Virus record (IMG/VR): IMGVR_UViG_3300027666_000002
DNA: 59,017 nt
From: a virus
Direction: 5' to 3' (one strand)
This document shows, piece by piece, positions 31,369 to 38,771 of this stretch (position 1 is the stretch's first letter; the number at the start of each line of letters is the position of its first letter). Under the pieces are notes generated by a model. It was given only the letters and a program-made list of their open reading frames with translations, made no database searches and had not been told where the DNA came from. A program made the position numbers and the translations under genes.

Positions 31369-31745
31369 TGACCGACATTACCCATGGCTGCATGGGGTGT
31401 CAAGCCGTCACGCTGATTCGCTGGCACCAACTTCGCCACGACCAGCCCCACCAGGTGGTCCTGTATATCCAGGAGGACCACCAGTCGCCCGAGGCACGGT
31501 GGGCACCAGTACCTCTCGCCGGTCATCTCGCTGCCGGCCCAGGTCGGACGCACGTGCGTCCACAGGCGCGCGACGTCGAGCCGCACCTGGTTCAGCCCCC
31601 TGTGCACGAACACTCCACACAGAGGTGCGTTGTCCTGGCTGCGCTCCTTCCGGCCTGGCCGGAAGCCCGGCAGGTGCAGGTGAATGCGACCCGGTCCCGG
31701 CGGCTCCAGGGCAACCAGGGCCTCTAGGCCAGGCGTGGGGTTCAC
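31302..31745 (-). CDS. hypothetical protein (last ~30 codons are probably incidental read-through into the promoter/ncRNA)
   Basis: GTGA overlap at 31742..31745. GC3 is high down to ~31400 and drops after the embedded promoter. Confidence 0.55.
   Translation of the reverse strand: MNPTPGLEALVALEPPGPGRIHLHLPGFRPGRKERSQDNAPLCGVFVHRGLNQVRLDVARLWTHVRPTWAGSEMTGERYWCPPCLGRLVVLLDIQDHLVGLVVAKLVPANQRDGLTPHAAMGNVGHAGGETQSSMGTESGTPPAPGT
31375..31403 (-). promoter_or_regulatory. phage promoter driving the ORF-free locus
   Basis: Minus strand: TTGACA (31403..31398), 17 nt with the CCCATG-CAGC-CATGGG dyad, TAATGT (31380..31375). Not followed by the GGAACAACC/GGAAGGACC leader. Confidence 0.65.
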
Positions 31746-32050
31746 GTCGTATCTGCCTGGTCCTCGGCTACCAGCTTCTGCAGAATGGCCTGGCGCAGCC
31801 ACTCCTGTCCGGCGAGGATCTCTTGCATGGCCAGGTGGTGCGCCTCGGCGGCGAGGCCATCCAGGTAGTACGGGTGCACCTCGATGCGTGGCGGCATCTG
31901 CGGACCTGCTGCCTCGCGGATAGCGTCGTGAGCGTCCTGCGTGCACTCACGACAGTAGCCATATCCACCGTTCAGGCAGGCCGACGGGCATGGGACCGGC
32001 AGACATGGTTTGAGGGCCAGGATGCTGCGGGTGAAGTCGACTTCGTCCAT
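31742..32050 (-). CDS. hypothetical protein (Cys-rich)
   Basis: ATG at 32050, 2 nt after the upstream TGA. 3' part of ORF-track 31742..32377. Confidence 0.65.
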   Translation of the reverse strand: MDEVDFTRSILALKPCLPVPCPSACLNGGYGYCRECTQDAHDAIREAAGPQMPPRIEVHPYYLDGLAAEAHHLAMQEILAGQEWLRQAILQKLVAEDQADTT

Positions 32051-32052
32051 GG

Positions 32053-32523
32053 TCAGATGGTTCCGAAGCGTCCGAAGTCCGGCAGCACGCGCTCTCCGTC
32101 GGCCCGTCCGAACAGGTGCAACACGTTGCTGTTGATGTTGATGTGGTCGCGTGGCGGGGCGAATACCTGGTAGGCCCAGCCGTCCGCGAACACGGCGGCG
32201 TGCAGGAGCTTCAGATCCTCGTAGGTGGCCATGCTGCCTCGGCGTGCGATGGATGCATGGACCCAGTTGACCTTGTCGGACTGGTGGTCGCCGGTGAGAA
32301 TGATGCGCGCCAGGTGACCGTTGCTGACGCCTTCGATCACCCAGCCGCAGCAGCCGTACTGTTCGGCCGGGGCCCACTGCTTTCGTCCGAGGCGTTTGCG
32401 GAGCAGCAGGCCGTTGACGATCGGGTCGCCGTCGCAGGCGATGGCCGGCTCGGCGTTGTGCGCTTCGAGCGCGGCCGTGATGACTGCGGCGTCCAACGTG
32501 ATCCGCTGTTCGTCTCTGTTCAC
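32053..32523 (-). CDS. hypothetical protein
   Basis: 156-aa ORF. GTGA overlap with the upstream stop. Confidence 0.7.
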   Translation of the reverse strand: MNRDEQRITLDAAVITAALEAHNAEPAIACDGDPIVNGLLLRKRLGRKQWAPAEQYGCCGWVIEGVSNGHLARIILTGDHQSDKVNWVHASIARRGSMATYEDLKLLHAAVFADGWAYQVFAPPRDHININSNVLHLFGRADGERVLPDFGRFGTI

Positions 32524-32795
32524 GTGGTGTCCTCCCAGGGCTCAGGATGCGGGGCGAGTGGGCAGCAGTGGTGTGGCGGTGCGTGGAACTGGTGCCAGTG
32601 TGCGGTGGCTCCGCGCATGCAGCGCACGAAGGCGTGGTCGTCCGGGTCGTTCCTGTCGGCTCGCACCCAGTCGGTCCAGCGTTCGAGCTGGTGGTGACCG
32701 GAGTGGCGCGGGTGGTCGCGGCAGGTCCAGCGCCACCCGCGCTTGCCGGACTCGGTGACGTGGGGCTTAACCCTGATCGGGCGCTGACTCGTCAT
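32520..32795 (-). CDS. His/Trp/Arg-rich hypothetical protein
   Basis: ATG at 32795 (trimmed from 32846); overlaps the upstream gene end by 29 nt. Start uncertain. Confidence 0.5.
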   Translation of the reverse strand: MTSQRPIRVKPHVTESGKRGWRWTCRDHPRHSGHHQLERWTDWVRADRNDPDDHAFVRCMRGATAHWHQFHAPPHHCCPLAPHPEPWEDTT

Positions 32796-33126
32796 CGATC
32801 GGTACCGGGTGAGGCTTCTCATCGATCTGTCGAGCCAGGGCCGCACGGGCGAGTCGGCCGCGTTCGCGTCGCTGAACCAGGTCGGCTACCCACGGGACGA
32901 GTTGCTCCGCGCTCTTCACTACTGGCGCGTTGTCGATCTTCCCGACGAATCCTGAGTATGCATTGCTGCCGCTCTCGTATGCGGTCCACTCTTCGCTGTG
33001 GCGACCCATCACCTGCCGGATAACGACGATGCTGTCGCCACACTGGACGTCCAGGATGCGGGCTACCACCTCGACGCCTGGCACCTCGATGACCAGTCCG
33101 ATGCCCTCTTCGCGCGCCTCGGTCAT
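32767..33126 (-). CDS. hypothetical protein
   Basis: 119-aa ORF. ATGA overlap at 33123..33126. Confidence 0.7.
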   Translation of the reverse strand: MTEAREEGIGLVIEVPGVEVVARILDVQCGDSIVVIRQVMGRHSEEWTAYESGSNAYSGFVGKIDNAPVVKSAEQLVPWVADLVQRRERGRLARAALARQIDEKPHPVPIDDESAPDQG

Positions 33127-33701
33127 GACATGGCCTCGGTGGTGTCGAGGTAGGCGTCATAGCAGACGTGCAGGTAGGTTGCGGCGGGGTAGGTGGCGAT
33201 GACGTTGTTGTCCACGTCGTAGATCTCCAGTATCCGGTCCTGACTGAAGTCTTCTCCGTGCGTTTCCCAGCTCAGGCCGCGCCCGTCACGGTAGGTGTGC
33301 CGCTCGGGGTCGCTGCCCATCAACCGCGCGGTGCGCACGGTGATGGAGGTGTGACGAGGGTCGGGCGCGGGCTTGGGGATGCCGGGCAGCAGGGCCGTCC
33401 CGTGCTGCGTCCGCTTCAAGCCCTCGGCGAAGTCGAGAGAGGCTTTGCGGATCGCGGCTGCCAGGTCGCCAAGGGTAGGCGTTTGACGGGTGGGCACCAC
33501 GCTGGTCGCCTGGACCATGAGCGCGCCTCGCCCGTCGCCGGTTTCTACCCAGGCCGCGTCGTCGGGCGGTACCGCGTCCGGGAAGTCGTCGCGCGGCATG
33601 TAGGTGCCGGCGACGATGCCGTCGCCTCCCTCGTCCGGGTCGAATCCGTACAGGACGGCGGTGACATGGTCGCCGCGTGCAGGGGTGTGGTCGTTGGTCA
33701 T
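33123..33701 (-). CDS. hypothetical protein
   Basis: 192-aa ORF, RBS GAAAGGA. Confidence 0.75.
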   Translation of the reverse strand: MTNDHTPARGDHVTAVLYGFDPDEGGDGIVAGTYMPRDDFPDAVPPDDAAWVETGDGRGALMVQATSVVPTRQTPTLGDLAAAIRKASLDFAEGLKRTQHGTALLPGIPKPAPDPRHTSITVRTARLMGSDPERHTYRDGRGLSWETHGEDFSQDRILEIYDVDNNVIATYPAATYLHVCYDAYLDTTEAMS

Positions 33702-33714
33702 GACGTCCTTTCGG

Positions 33715-33924
33715 TTACGCGGGCTGCGCCAGCACGCGCTCTGAGTTGTCCTGTGCGGGCCCCAGTCCGTCCTGGGCGGTGAGGCCTAGGACGTCGAGCA
33801 GTTGGGCCGCGTCCGTCGGGCTGGTGGCCGTGCTGGCCACCAGCCGCGCGGCGCGGCGTCGCTCCTCCGCACTGGTCTGCGGGAGAGCGAACAGCGCGTC
33901 GTCCACCCAGCTCGCGATGGTCAT
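33715..33924 (-). CDS. hypothetical protein
   Basis: 69-aa ORF. ATGA overlap at 33921..33924. Confidence 0.65.
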   Translation of the reverse strand: MTIASWVDDALFALPQTSAEERRRAARLVASTATSPTDAAQLLDVLGLTAQDGLGPAQDNSERVLAQPA

Positions 33925-34466
33925 CGGGGTTTGGCCAGCTCTTTGGTGACCTTCTCCGTCAGGACCTCCTGGACGCGAGCTGCCACGACCTTCCTGGCCT
34001 CCCTCACGGTGTCCGCGAACGGGCCGCGCATGGTCTCGTTGGCAACCTGACCGATCAGTTCGGCCAGGTTGTTGGGGGTCTGGTCATAGCTGTCGTGGCG
34101 CCGGTTGGTTTTGGTGCCGCTGAGGAAGGCCTCCAGCTCGATGCGGATCAGCTCGCGGACCGTGACCACCTCGCCACGCTTCTCGCCCCATTGGGTGGTG
34201 CGCTGTATGGGTAGCTCGAAGGCCGCGTTGATCTCCTGGACCAGGCGTTCACGGACCAGTTCGTTGCGGACGCGGTGGACTTCCTGTCGCAGCTCGTGCA
34301 GCTCCTCGTAGTTGAAGCCGGCGATCAGCTTCGAGGCTGCGGCATCGACCACGGCGGTGCGCATCAGGGTGCGCACGTCCACGGGGTCGCCGTCGAGCTG
34401 CGGCGACTCGACGAACAGGGCGTCGATGTCGAGGGCGATGTTGACGGTCGGGTTCTGGTCGGACAT
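33921..34466 (-). CDS. hypothetical protein
   Basis: ATG at 34466 with GGAAAGTGAG upstream. 3' part of ORF-track 33921..34619. Confidence 0.7.
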   Translation of the reverse strand: MSDQNPTVNIALDIDALFVESPQLDGDPVDVRTLMRTAVVDAAASKLIAGFNYEELHELRQEVHRVRNELVRERLVQEINAAFELPIQRTTQWGEKRGEVVTVRELIRIELEAFLSGTKTNRRHDSYDQTPNNLAELIGQVANETMRGPFADTVREARKVVAARVQEVLTEKVTKELAKPR

Positions 34467-34474
34467 GGGTGGTC

Positions 34475-34558
34475 TCACTTTCCGGGGTGGATGCCGCCGG
34501 TGGCCGCCAGGATGATCAGCACGGCGACGATGACGATCAGGAGAGTTCGGGCGCTCAC
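34475..34558 (-). CDS. very small membrane peptide (27 aa)
   Basis: GTGA overlap at 34555..34558. VSARTLLIVIVAVLIILAATGGIHPGK. Confidence 0.4.
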   Translation of the reverse strand: MSARTLLIVIVAVLIILAATGGIHPGK

Positions 34559-35202
34559 GTGGTCTGCTCTCTGGCGCGTTGGGCGCCGTGGTCGGATGCT
34601 TGACGCAGGGCGGCGACACGTCGGGTGATCTCGCCGAGCACGGCGGACACGCCGTACCTGGCGCCGTGGAGCCGGCACATCATGGCGATGAAGTCGCCGA
34701 GGCCTTCGAGTTCTCCGGCGGCGCCGAGCTGCGCGGAAGGAAGGGTGCGCAGTAGGGCCTCGTGAAAGCCGGCGTTCTCGCCGTGCTGCCAGACGAGGAC
34801 TGCGGCTTGCCGAAGTGGCTCACGGAACGGTTCGGGGACGTCGTCCCAGGACTTCTGCCCGTACTGACGGACCGGCTCGGGGAGGGCGGCGTGCCAGCCC
34901 TGGTAGGCGAGGGCGCCGAGCCGGTTGGCTTCGGAGGGTTTGGTGGCCACGTCGTGGCGGGCCGCAGTGGTGGGCCTGGTCGCGAGGGCCGGCGCGTAGG
35001 CGTCTTCCCAGCCTGGGATGACCTCCAGGTGACGGCCACGAACCTGGCCGTCGATACCGAAGGAGATGACCCAGCGCAGGCCGGGGATGGGCGGGTGCAG
35101 GGCCGTCCACCGTTCGCGTTCCTGTTTGGCGCGCTCGCGGGTGAGAACGGGCTCTCCGCCCTGGTAGATGGCCTCGGGCTGGACGTCGACATCGTCAGGC
35201 AT
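34555..35202 (-). CDS. hypothetical protein
   Basis: 215-aa ORF, GCGGAG upstream. Confidence 0.75.
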   Translation of the reverse strand: MPDDVDVQPEAIYQGGEPVLTRERAKQERERWTALHPPIPGLRWVISFGIDGQVRGRHLEVIPGWEDAYAPALATRPTTAARHDVATKPSEANRLGALAYQGWHAALPEPVRQYGQKSWDDVPEPFREPLRQAAVLVWQHGENAGFHEALLRTLPSAQLGAAGELEGLGDFIAMMCRLHGARYGVSAVLGEITRRVAALRQASDHGAQRAREQTT

Positions 35203-35221
35203 AGGTGGCTCCGCAGGTAGA

Positions 35222-35365
35222 TCAGGACGGTGGCGGTGAGGGCCAGGCCGGTTCGGGCGGCTGCTCGGGCCCTGTGTCGTCCTCGGTGTCGGGTGGGCAT
35301 GGCTGCTCCAGTTCTCGTAGCAGCTGGTCGTAGATGGGGGTGACGGGGAAGGTCGGGTCGGTCAC
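35222..35365 (-). CDS. small Pro-rich hypothetical protein (47 aa)
   Basis: Hand-found GTG at 35365 with AGAGGAG upstream. A competing frame exists (ORF-track 34680..35300). Confidence 0.35.
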   Translation of the reverse strand: MTDPTFPVTPIYDQLLRELEQPCPPDTEDDTGPEQPPEPAWPSPPPS

Positions 35366-35382
35366 GGCCGGCTCCTCTGGAT

Positions 35383-35424
35383 CCAGGCCCCGCGTCGGGC
35401 TCCGGTGCTCGGCGCGGGGCCTGG
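35383..35424 (-). terminator. stem-loop terminator
   Basis: 12-bp perfect inverted repeat ccaggccccgcg (35383..35394) / cgcggggcctgg (35413..35424), 5 nt after the stop at 35429. Confidence 0.6.
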
Positions 35425-35428
35425 CGGT

Positions 35429-35602
35429 CTACGTCTTCTTCCAGGAAATCGTCCGGTTGCGCCGGCGGATCTGTTCGGCGATGCGCGCAGCCAGCTCGGG
35501 GTCATGTGGCGGTGGACCGTCGCCAAAGAACCGGTCCCTGATCTCGGCGACTTTGTCGCTGGGCGGTGGCCCGTACCCGTCCGATCCGTACTTGTCGGAC
35601 AC
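35429..35602 (-). CDS. small hypothetical protein (57 aa)
   Basis: Hand-found GTG at 35602, 2 nt after the upstream TAG. GC3-rich VSDKYGSDGYGPPPSDKVAEIRDRFFG... Confidence 0.4.
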   Translation of the reverse strand: MSDKYGSDGYGPPPSDKVAEIRDRFFGDGPPPHDPELAARIAEQIRRRNRTISWKKT

Positions 35603-35604
35603 GG

Positions 35605-35748
35605 CTATTCGCAGGTGTAGGTGACGAGTTCGAGCGTGTTGGGATCGATCTTGGTCGCGGTGTGCGGCTTGCCGCTGTCTCGCAGCGACCGGGCGATCAT
35701 GGTGCCGCAGCCGCGTGGACAGTTGACGAGGGGGTCATCCTTGGCCAT
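35605..35748 (-). CDS. small zinc-ribbon-like protein (47 aa)
   Basis: ATG at 35748 behind a promoter. MAKDDPLVNCPRGCGTMIARSLRDSGKPHTATKIDPNTLELVTYTCE. Confidence 0.5.
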   Translation of the reverse strand: MAKDDPLVNCPRGCGTMIARSLRDSGKPHTATKIDPNTLELVTYTCE

Positions 35749-35750
35749 CT

Positions 35751-35810
35751 GGTCCTACTTCCTGCTCGGGTGTACCCCTGAATTCTACCCCCAACGAACA
35801 GGGGTGTCAA
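35751..35810 (-). promoter_or_regulatory. phage promoter with variant leader
   Basis: Minus strand: TTGACA (35810..35805), 17 nt, TAGAAT (35787..35782). SD GGAAGTAGGACC (35762..35751). No GGAACAACC box. Confidence 0.65.
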
Positions 35811-36165
35811 CGTCGAGAACGGCCAGCATCTCCAGCGCCTCGCGGGCAACCTGCCACGGCTCGGAGCTGAAGCGCGCCGGCAGTTGAACACGCCTCCACT
35901 TGCGCGGCTGCCCGTCGGCCTCGCGCTGCGCCATCTCCAGCACGGCTTTCTGCCGGACCACGGTGACGCGGAGCGCGAACACGCCGACCAGGCGCACCAG
36001 CGCAACGCCTATCGGCTGGTCGGCGTGGCGAACGAAGCCGTTGCAGTCCAGGGCCATGAACACGTCGGCCAGGCTGCGGGGTTGCGTCCAGTCGCTGCGG
36101 GGCGAGCGCGCTGACGCCTCGGTGACGGTGACGACGCCGTTGTTGGGTCGCCCTGCGCGTCTCAC
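35785..36165 (-). CDS. hypothetical protein
   Basis: GTGA overlap at 36162..36165. The stop TAG is the TAG of the next -10 (..GGGGTAGAAT). Confidence 0.6.
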   Translation of the reverse strand: MRRAGRPNNGVVTVTEASARSPRSDWTQPRSLADVFMALDCNGFVRHADQPIGVALVRLVGVFALRVTVVRQKAVLEMAQREADGQPRKWRRVQLPARFSSEPWQVAREALEMLAVLDVDTPVRWG

Positions 36166-36641
36166 CTGTCGCTCGCGGGCGGGGCCACGTGGTCCATAGT
36201 GGCCTGCTTGGTGGACTGGGTGACGTCGAGTTCCTGGCCGGCGTGCTCCGTGTAGAAGACGAAGGTGACCACGATCTGACTGGCGTTGTTCTTGCTGACG
36301 CGGAACGTGTGTGCGCCAGCCGCTGCGGAGTTCTTCTGGGCCCACCGCCGAACGGTGTCGTCGTTGTGCTTGTGCACGTTGAAGCGGCGTTGGGTGGTGA
36401 AGCTGTTCTTGCCGAGCGCGTGGCGATCCTCGGGCTCGATGAGCCACGCGGGGATACCGCTGACTCCGCCGATCTGGCTGCTACTGAGTAGCTCCATCAG
36501 ATGCTCGGGCAGCAGCTCGAACTCGGCGATCCGGCGGCCACTGGTGATGTCTACGATGACCAGGGACATGTACCGGTAGGGCTCCATGTTGGAGACGACG
36601 GGCGAGAGGCGCATGGTCAGGTGCGCGTTGGGGTCTGGCAT
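36162..36641 (-). CDS. hypothetical protein
   Basis: 159-aa ORF behind a cassette. Confidence 0.8.
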   Translation of the reverse strand: MPDPNAHLTMRLSPVVSNMEPYRYMSLVIVDITSGRRIAEFELLPEHLMELLSSSQIGGVSGIPAWLIEPEDRHALGKNSFTTQRRFNVHKHNDDTVRRWAQKNSAAAGAHTFRVSKNNASQIVVTFVFYTEHAGQELDVTQSTKQATMDHVAPPASDR

Positions 36642-36647
36642 GGTCTC

Positions 36648-36709
36648 GGTCCTTCCAGGGGGGTTGTTCCGGAGACCTCAAGCTACCCCATCCTGTCGGT
36701 GGGTGTCAA
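36648..36709 (-). promoter_or_regulatory. phage promoter + leader cassette
   Basis: Minus strand: TTGACA (36709..36704), 18 nt, TAGCTT (36685..36680). GGAACAACC (36670..36662), GGAAGGACC (36656..36648). Confidence 0.7.
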
Positions 36710-37148
36710 CCTTGGCTTGCAGCTTCGCCACCACCCGCTGCACCTGCTGCGAGTCCGGGGGGAATCGCCGTCCCGCCGGGGAGCGCCAGTAGCCGTCGTC
36801 CTGCAGCGTCCAGGCCTCGGGCGGGTGCGCGGCCCGACGCTGCACGGGCCCGCGTCGCCGCTGCATCTTGGTGCCGGCCAGCACGTCGTCCGGCACATGC
36901 TCGGTGAGCCGGTCCTGGTCGTAGTTCTGGCCCTTCAGCATCGCGTAGGAGGCAACCTCGACCTCCACGAAAGCATGTGCCAGCGCGGTGGCCAGCTCGG
37001 TGGCCGTGCGCGCGTGCCCTGCCCAGCCGCGCGCAAGCGGGCTGGAGATGCGCACACCACCCTCGGGAAGGATCTCCGCCTGCAGAGGGATCATGCGGAC
37101 GCGCTGGCCGCGCCGCAGGCCGGGCAGACGCTGGTTTTCGTACATCAT
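36678..37148 (-). CDS. hypothetical protein
   Basis: ATGA overlap with the terminase stop at 37145..37148. The C-terminus ..VDTHRQDGVA* is encoded by the next promoter. Confidence 0.65.
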   Translation of the reverse strand: MMYENQRLPGLRRGQRVRMIPLQAEILPEGGVRISSPLARGWAGHARTATELATALAHAFVEVEVASYAMLKGQNYDQDRLTEHVPDDVLAGTKMQRRRGPVQRRAAHPPEAWTLQDDGYWRSPAGRRFPPDSQQVQRVVAKLQAKVDTHRQDGVA

Positions 37149-38758
37149 CGCCCCCTGCTGTAGGCACTGGTGGTGACCATCTGTTGGCCGCGCCCGAACT
37201 GGTGGCGTGGGATGTTGGTGGACTGGGCGGTGAGCAGTTCGCTGCCGAGGCCGTGGCCGTCGAGGTAGAGCACGCAGTAGACAACCGCGTCCATGCGGTC
37301 GGGGGATTCGGCCTCGTCGGTGGTCCAGACGCACAGGGTGTCTTCGAGCTTGGTCAGGCTGCCGACGTGGTGTGCGCGCCCCTGCTCGTAGACGGCTGAC
37401 ACGGGCTCGGCGCGGACCCGCTTGCCCTTCTTGGCGCGGATGGCCTCGACGGGCAGGGCGGGGTGGTTGATGTGCCGGCAGGCGGTGTGGATGCTGTTGG
37501 GGATCCATTCGCCGCCGTTGTTGACCTCGACGATGACGGTGCTGGCTTCCCAGTCGTCGTAGGCCTGAATGATCTTGGAGACAACCATGTCCGGCGTGTC
37601 GCGGATGGTGTAGTCGGCCAGGACGTAGAAGTCGCCGTTGGATGCCGCCCCGGTGACGATGATGCCACTCTCATCGGCGTCCTCGGTGCTGGTGACGGCC
37701 GGGTCCACGCCGATCACCACACGGGTGATCGTGATGTTGAGCAGCTCCAGCGCGGCGATGATGGCTCGTGCCGTCTCGCGGCACTCCCTCATCGAGCGTT
37801 CGAGCGTCTCCGGATTCGTGTCCGACCAGTTGGCCTTGTGGTCGAGGTGGATGCGGTCACGGTCGATCTGCTCGCGCTTCCACAGGGCGCCCGGCATGTC
37901 GTCCAGGAGGTCGCCGCCGAGTTCCTGCCTGCCCAGCCGAGTGCCGTCGTACTTCTTGTGGAGGCTGCGCAGGGTGACGTCGGGCAGGTTGGCTGCGTTG
38001 TCGTCGGTGGTGCCTCGGCTCTTGGCGCAGCGCGGGTCCGCCAGCATGTCCTTGATGACCTGCAGCGGCAGTGGGGTGCTGGACGCGACCAGGCGGGGAT
38101 GCTTTCCGAGGCGCAGGCCGAAGCGCAGCATGTCGATGGCGTCGAGGGCCTTCTTGACGACCTGGGCGAGTTCTTCCACCCAGGCCATGTGATGTTGGGG
38201 TCCCCGCAGGCGGGCGGGCTTCTCGCCGCTGAACAGCTTGGCGCGTGACTTCGAGGCGGTGATGATGAGCTCGCCGATGGACCGGTTCCACGTGTAGTCG
38301 CGGTCTACGACCAGGCCCCACCGGTCGAAGATCGCCAGCAGCCCTGACTCGCCCTCGACGCAGGTGTCACGCGCGTCGGCGTAGGTGGGGGCGAGGATGG
38401 CGATGCGCCACCGCTTGTTGAGCACCAGCGCGGCGGCGACCTCTTCGGCGCAGGCGCGCGTCTTCCCGGTGCCTCGACCGCCGAGGTACAGCCAGTCATC
38501 CCAGTCGCCGGAGGGGGCCCGCTGCTCGGGTCGACAGGCCGCGCAGGCGTGGCACTTGTTGCAGAGCGCGCCGTGGATGTGACAGGGCTGGTCGGGCCCC
38601 TGCCAGTTGGGGGCCATCGACGGGTCGGGGTGTTTGGTGGTGTCGGGGTTCTGGCAGTCGGCGTCACGCCACTGGCCGATGTACTTCAGGAACGGTGGCC
38701 GGATGCGCTTCTGGCTGGAGACGGCGAACCGGTCAGCGAGTCCGGCGAAGGTGGCCAC
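37145..38758 (-). CDS. terL: terminase large subunit
   Basis: 537 aa. Walker A LGGRGTGKT. Terminase-like nuclease half. Follows the small subunit. Confidence 0.85.
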   Translation of the reverse strand: MATFAGLADRFAVSSQKRIRPPFLKYIGQWRDADCQNPDTTKHPDPSMAPNWQGPDQPCHIHGALCNKCHACAACRPEQRAPSGDWDDWLYLGGRGTGKTRACAEEVAAALVLNKRWRIAILAPTYADARDTCVEGESGLLAIFDRWGLVVDRDYTWNRSIGELIITASKSRAKLFSGEKPARLRGPQHHMAWVEELAQVVKKALDAIDMLRFGLRLGKHPRLVASSTPLPLQVIKDMLADPRCAKSRGTTDDNAANLPDVTLRSLHKKYDGTRLGRQELGGDLLDDMPGALWKREQIDRDRIHLDHKANWSDTNPETLERSMRECRETARAIIAALELLNITITRVVIGVDPAVTSTEDADESGIIVTGAASNGDFYVLADYTIRDTPDMVVSKIIQAYDDWEASTVIVEVNNGGEWIPNSIHTACRHINHPALPVEAIRAKKGKRVRAEPVSAVYEQGRAHHVGSLTKLEDTLCVWTTDEAESPDRMDAVVYCVLYLDGHGLGSELLTAQSTNIPRHQFGRGQQMVTTSAYSRGR

Positions 38759-38771
38759 GGGTGGGCCCTGT

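Noticed and set aside
30587-31393. ORFs 31169..31393 (74 aa), 30587..30997 (136 aa), 30684..30902 (72 aa) as genes of the locus
   Set aside because: They have low-complexity Arg/Pro/Gly/Ser composition, no SD, and poor GC3 compared with all neighbouring genes. 31169..31393 would start inside the promoter spacer.
24647-31403. Regularly recurring ~30-70 bp conserved units as a CRISPR array
   Set aside because: The units are 200-1000 bp apart at irregular spacing and occur on both strands. They contain -35/-10/SD elements and are each followed by an ORF. There are no cas genes.
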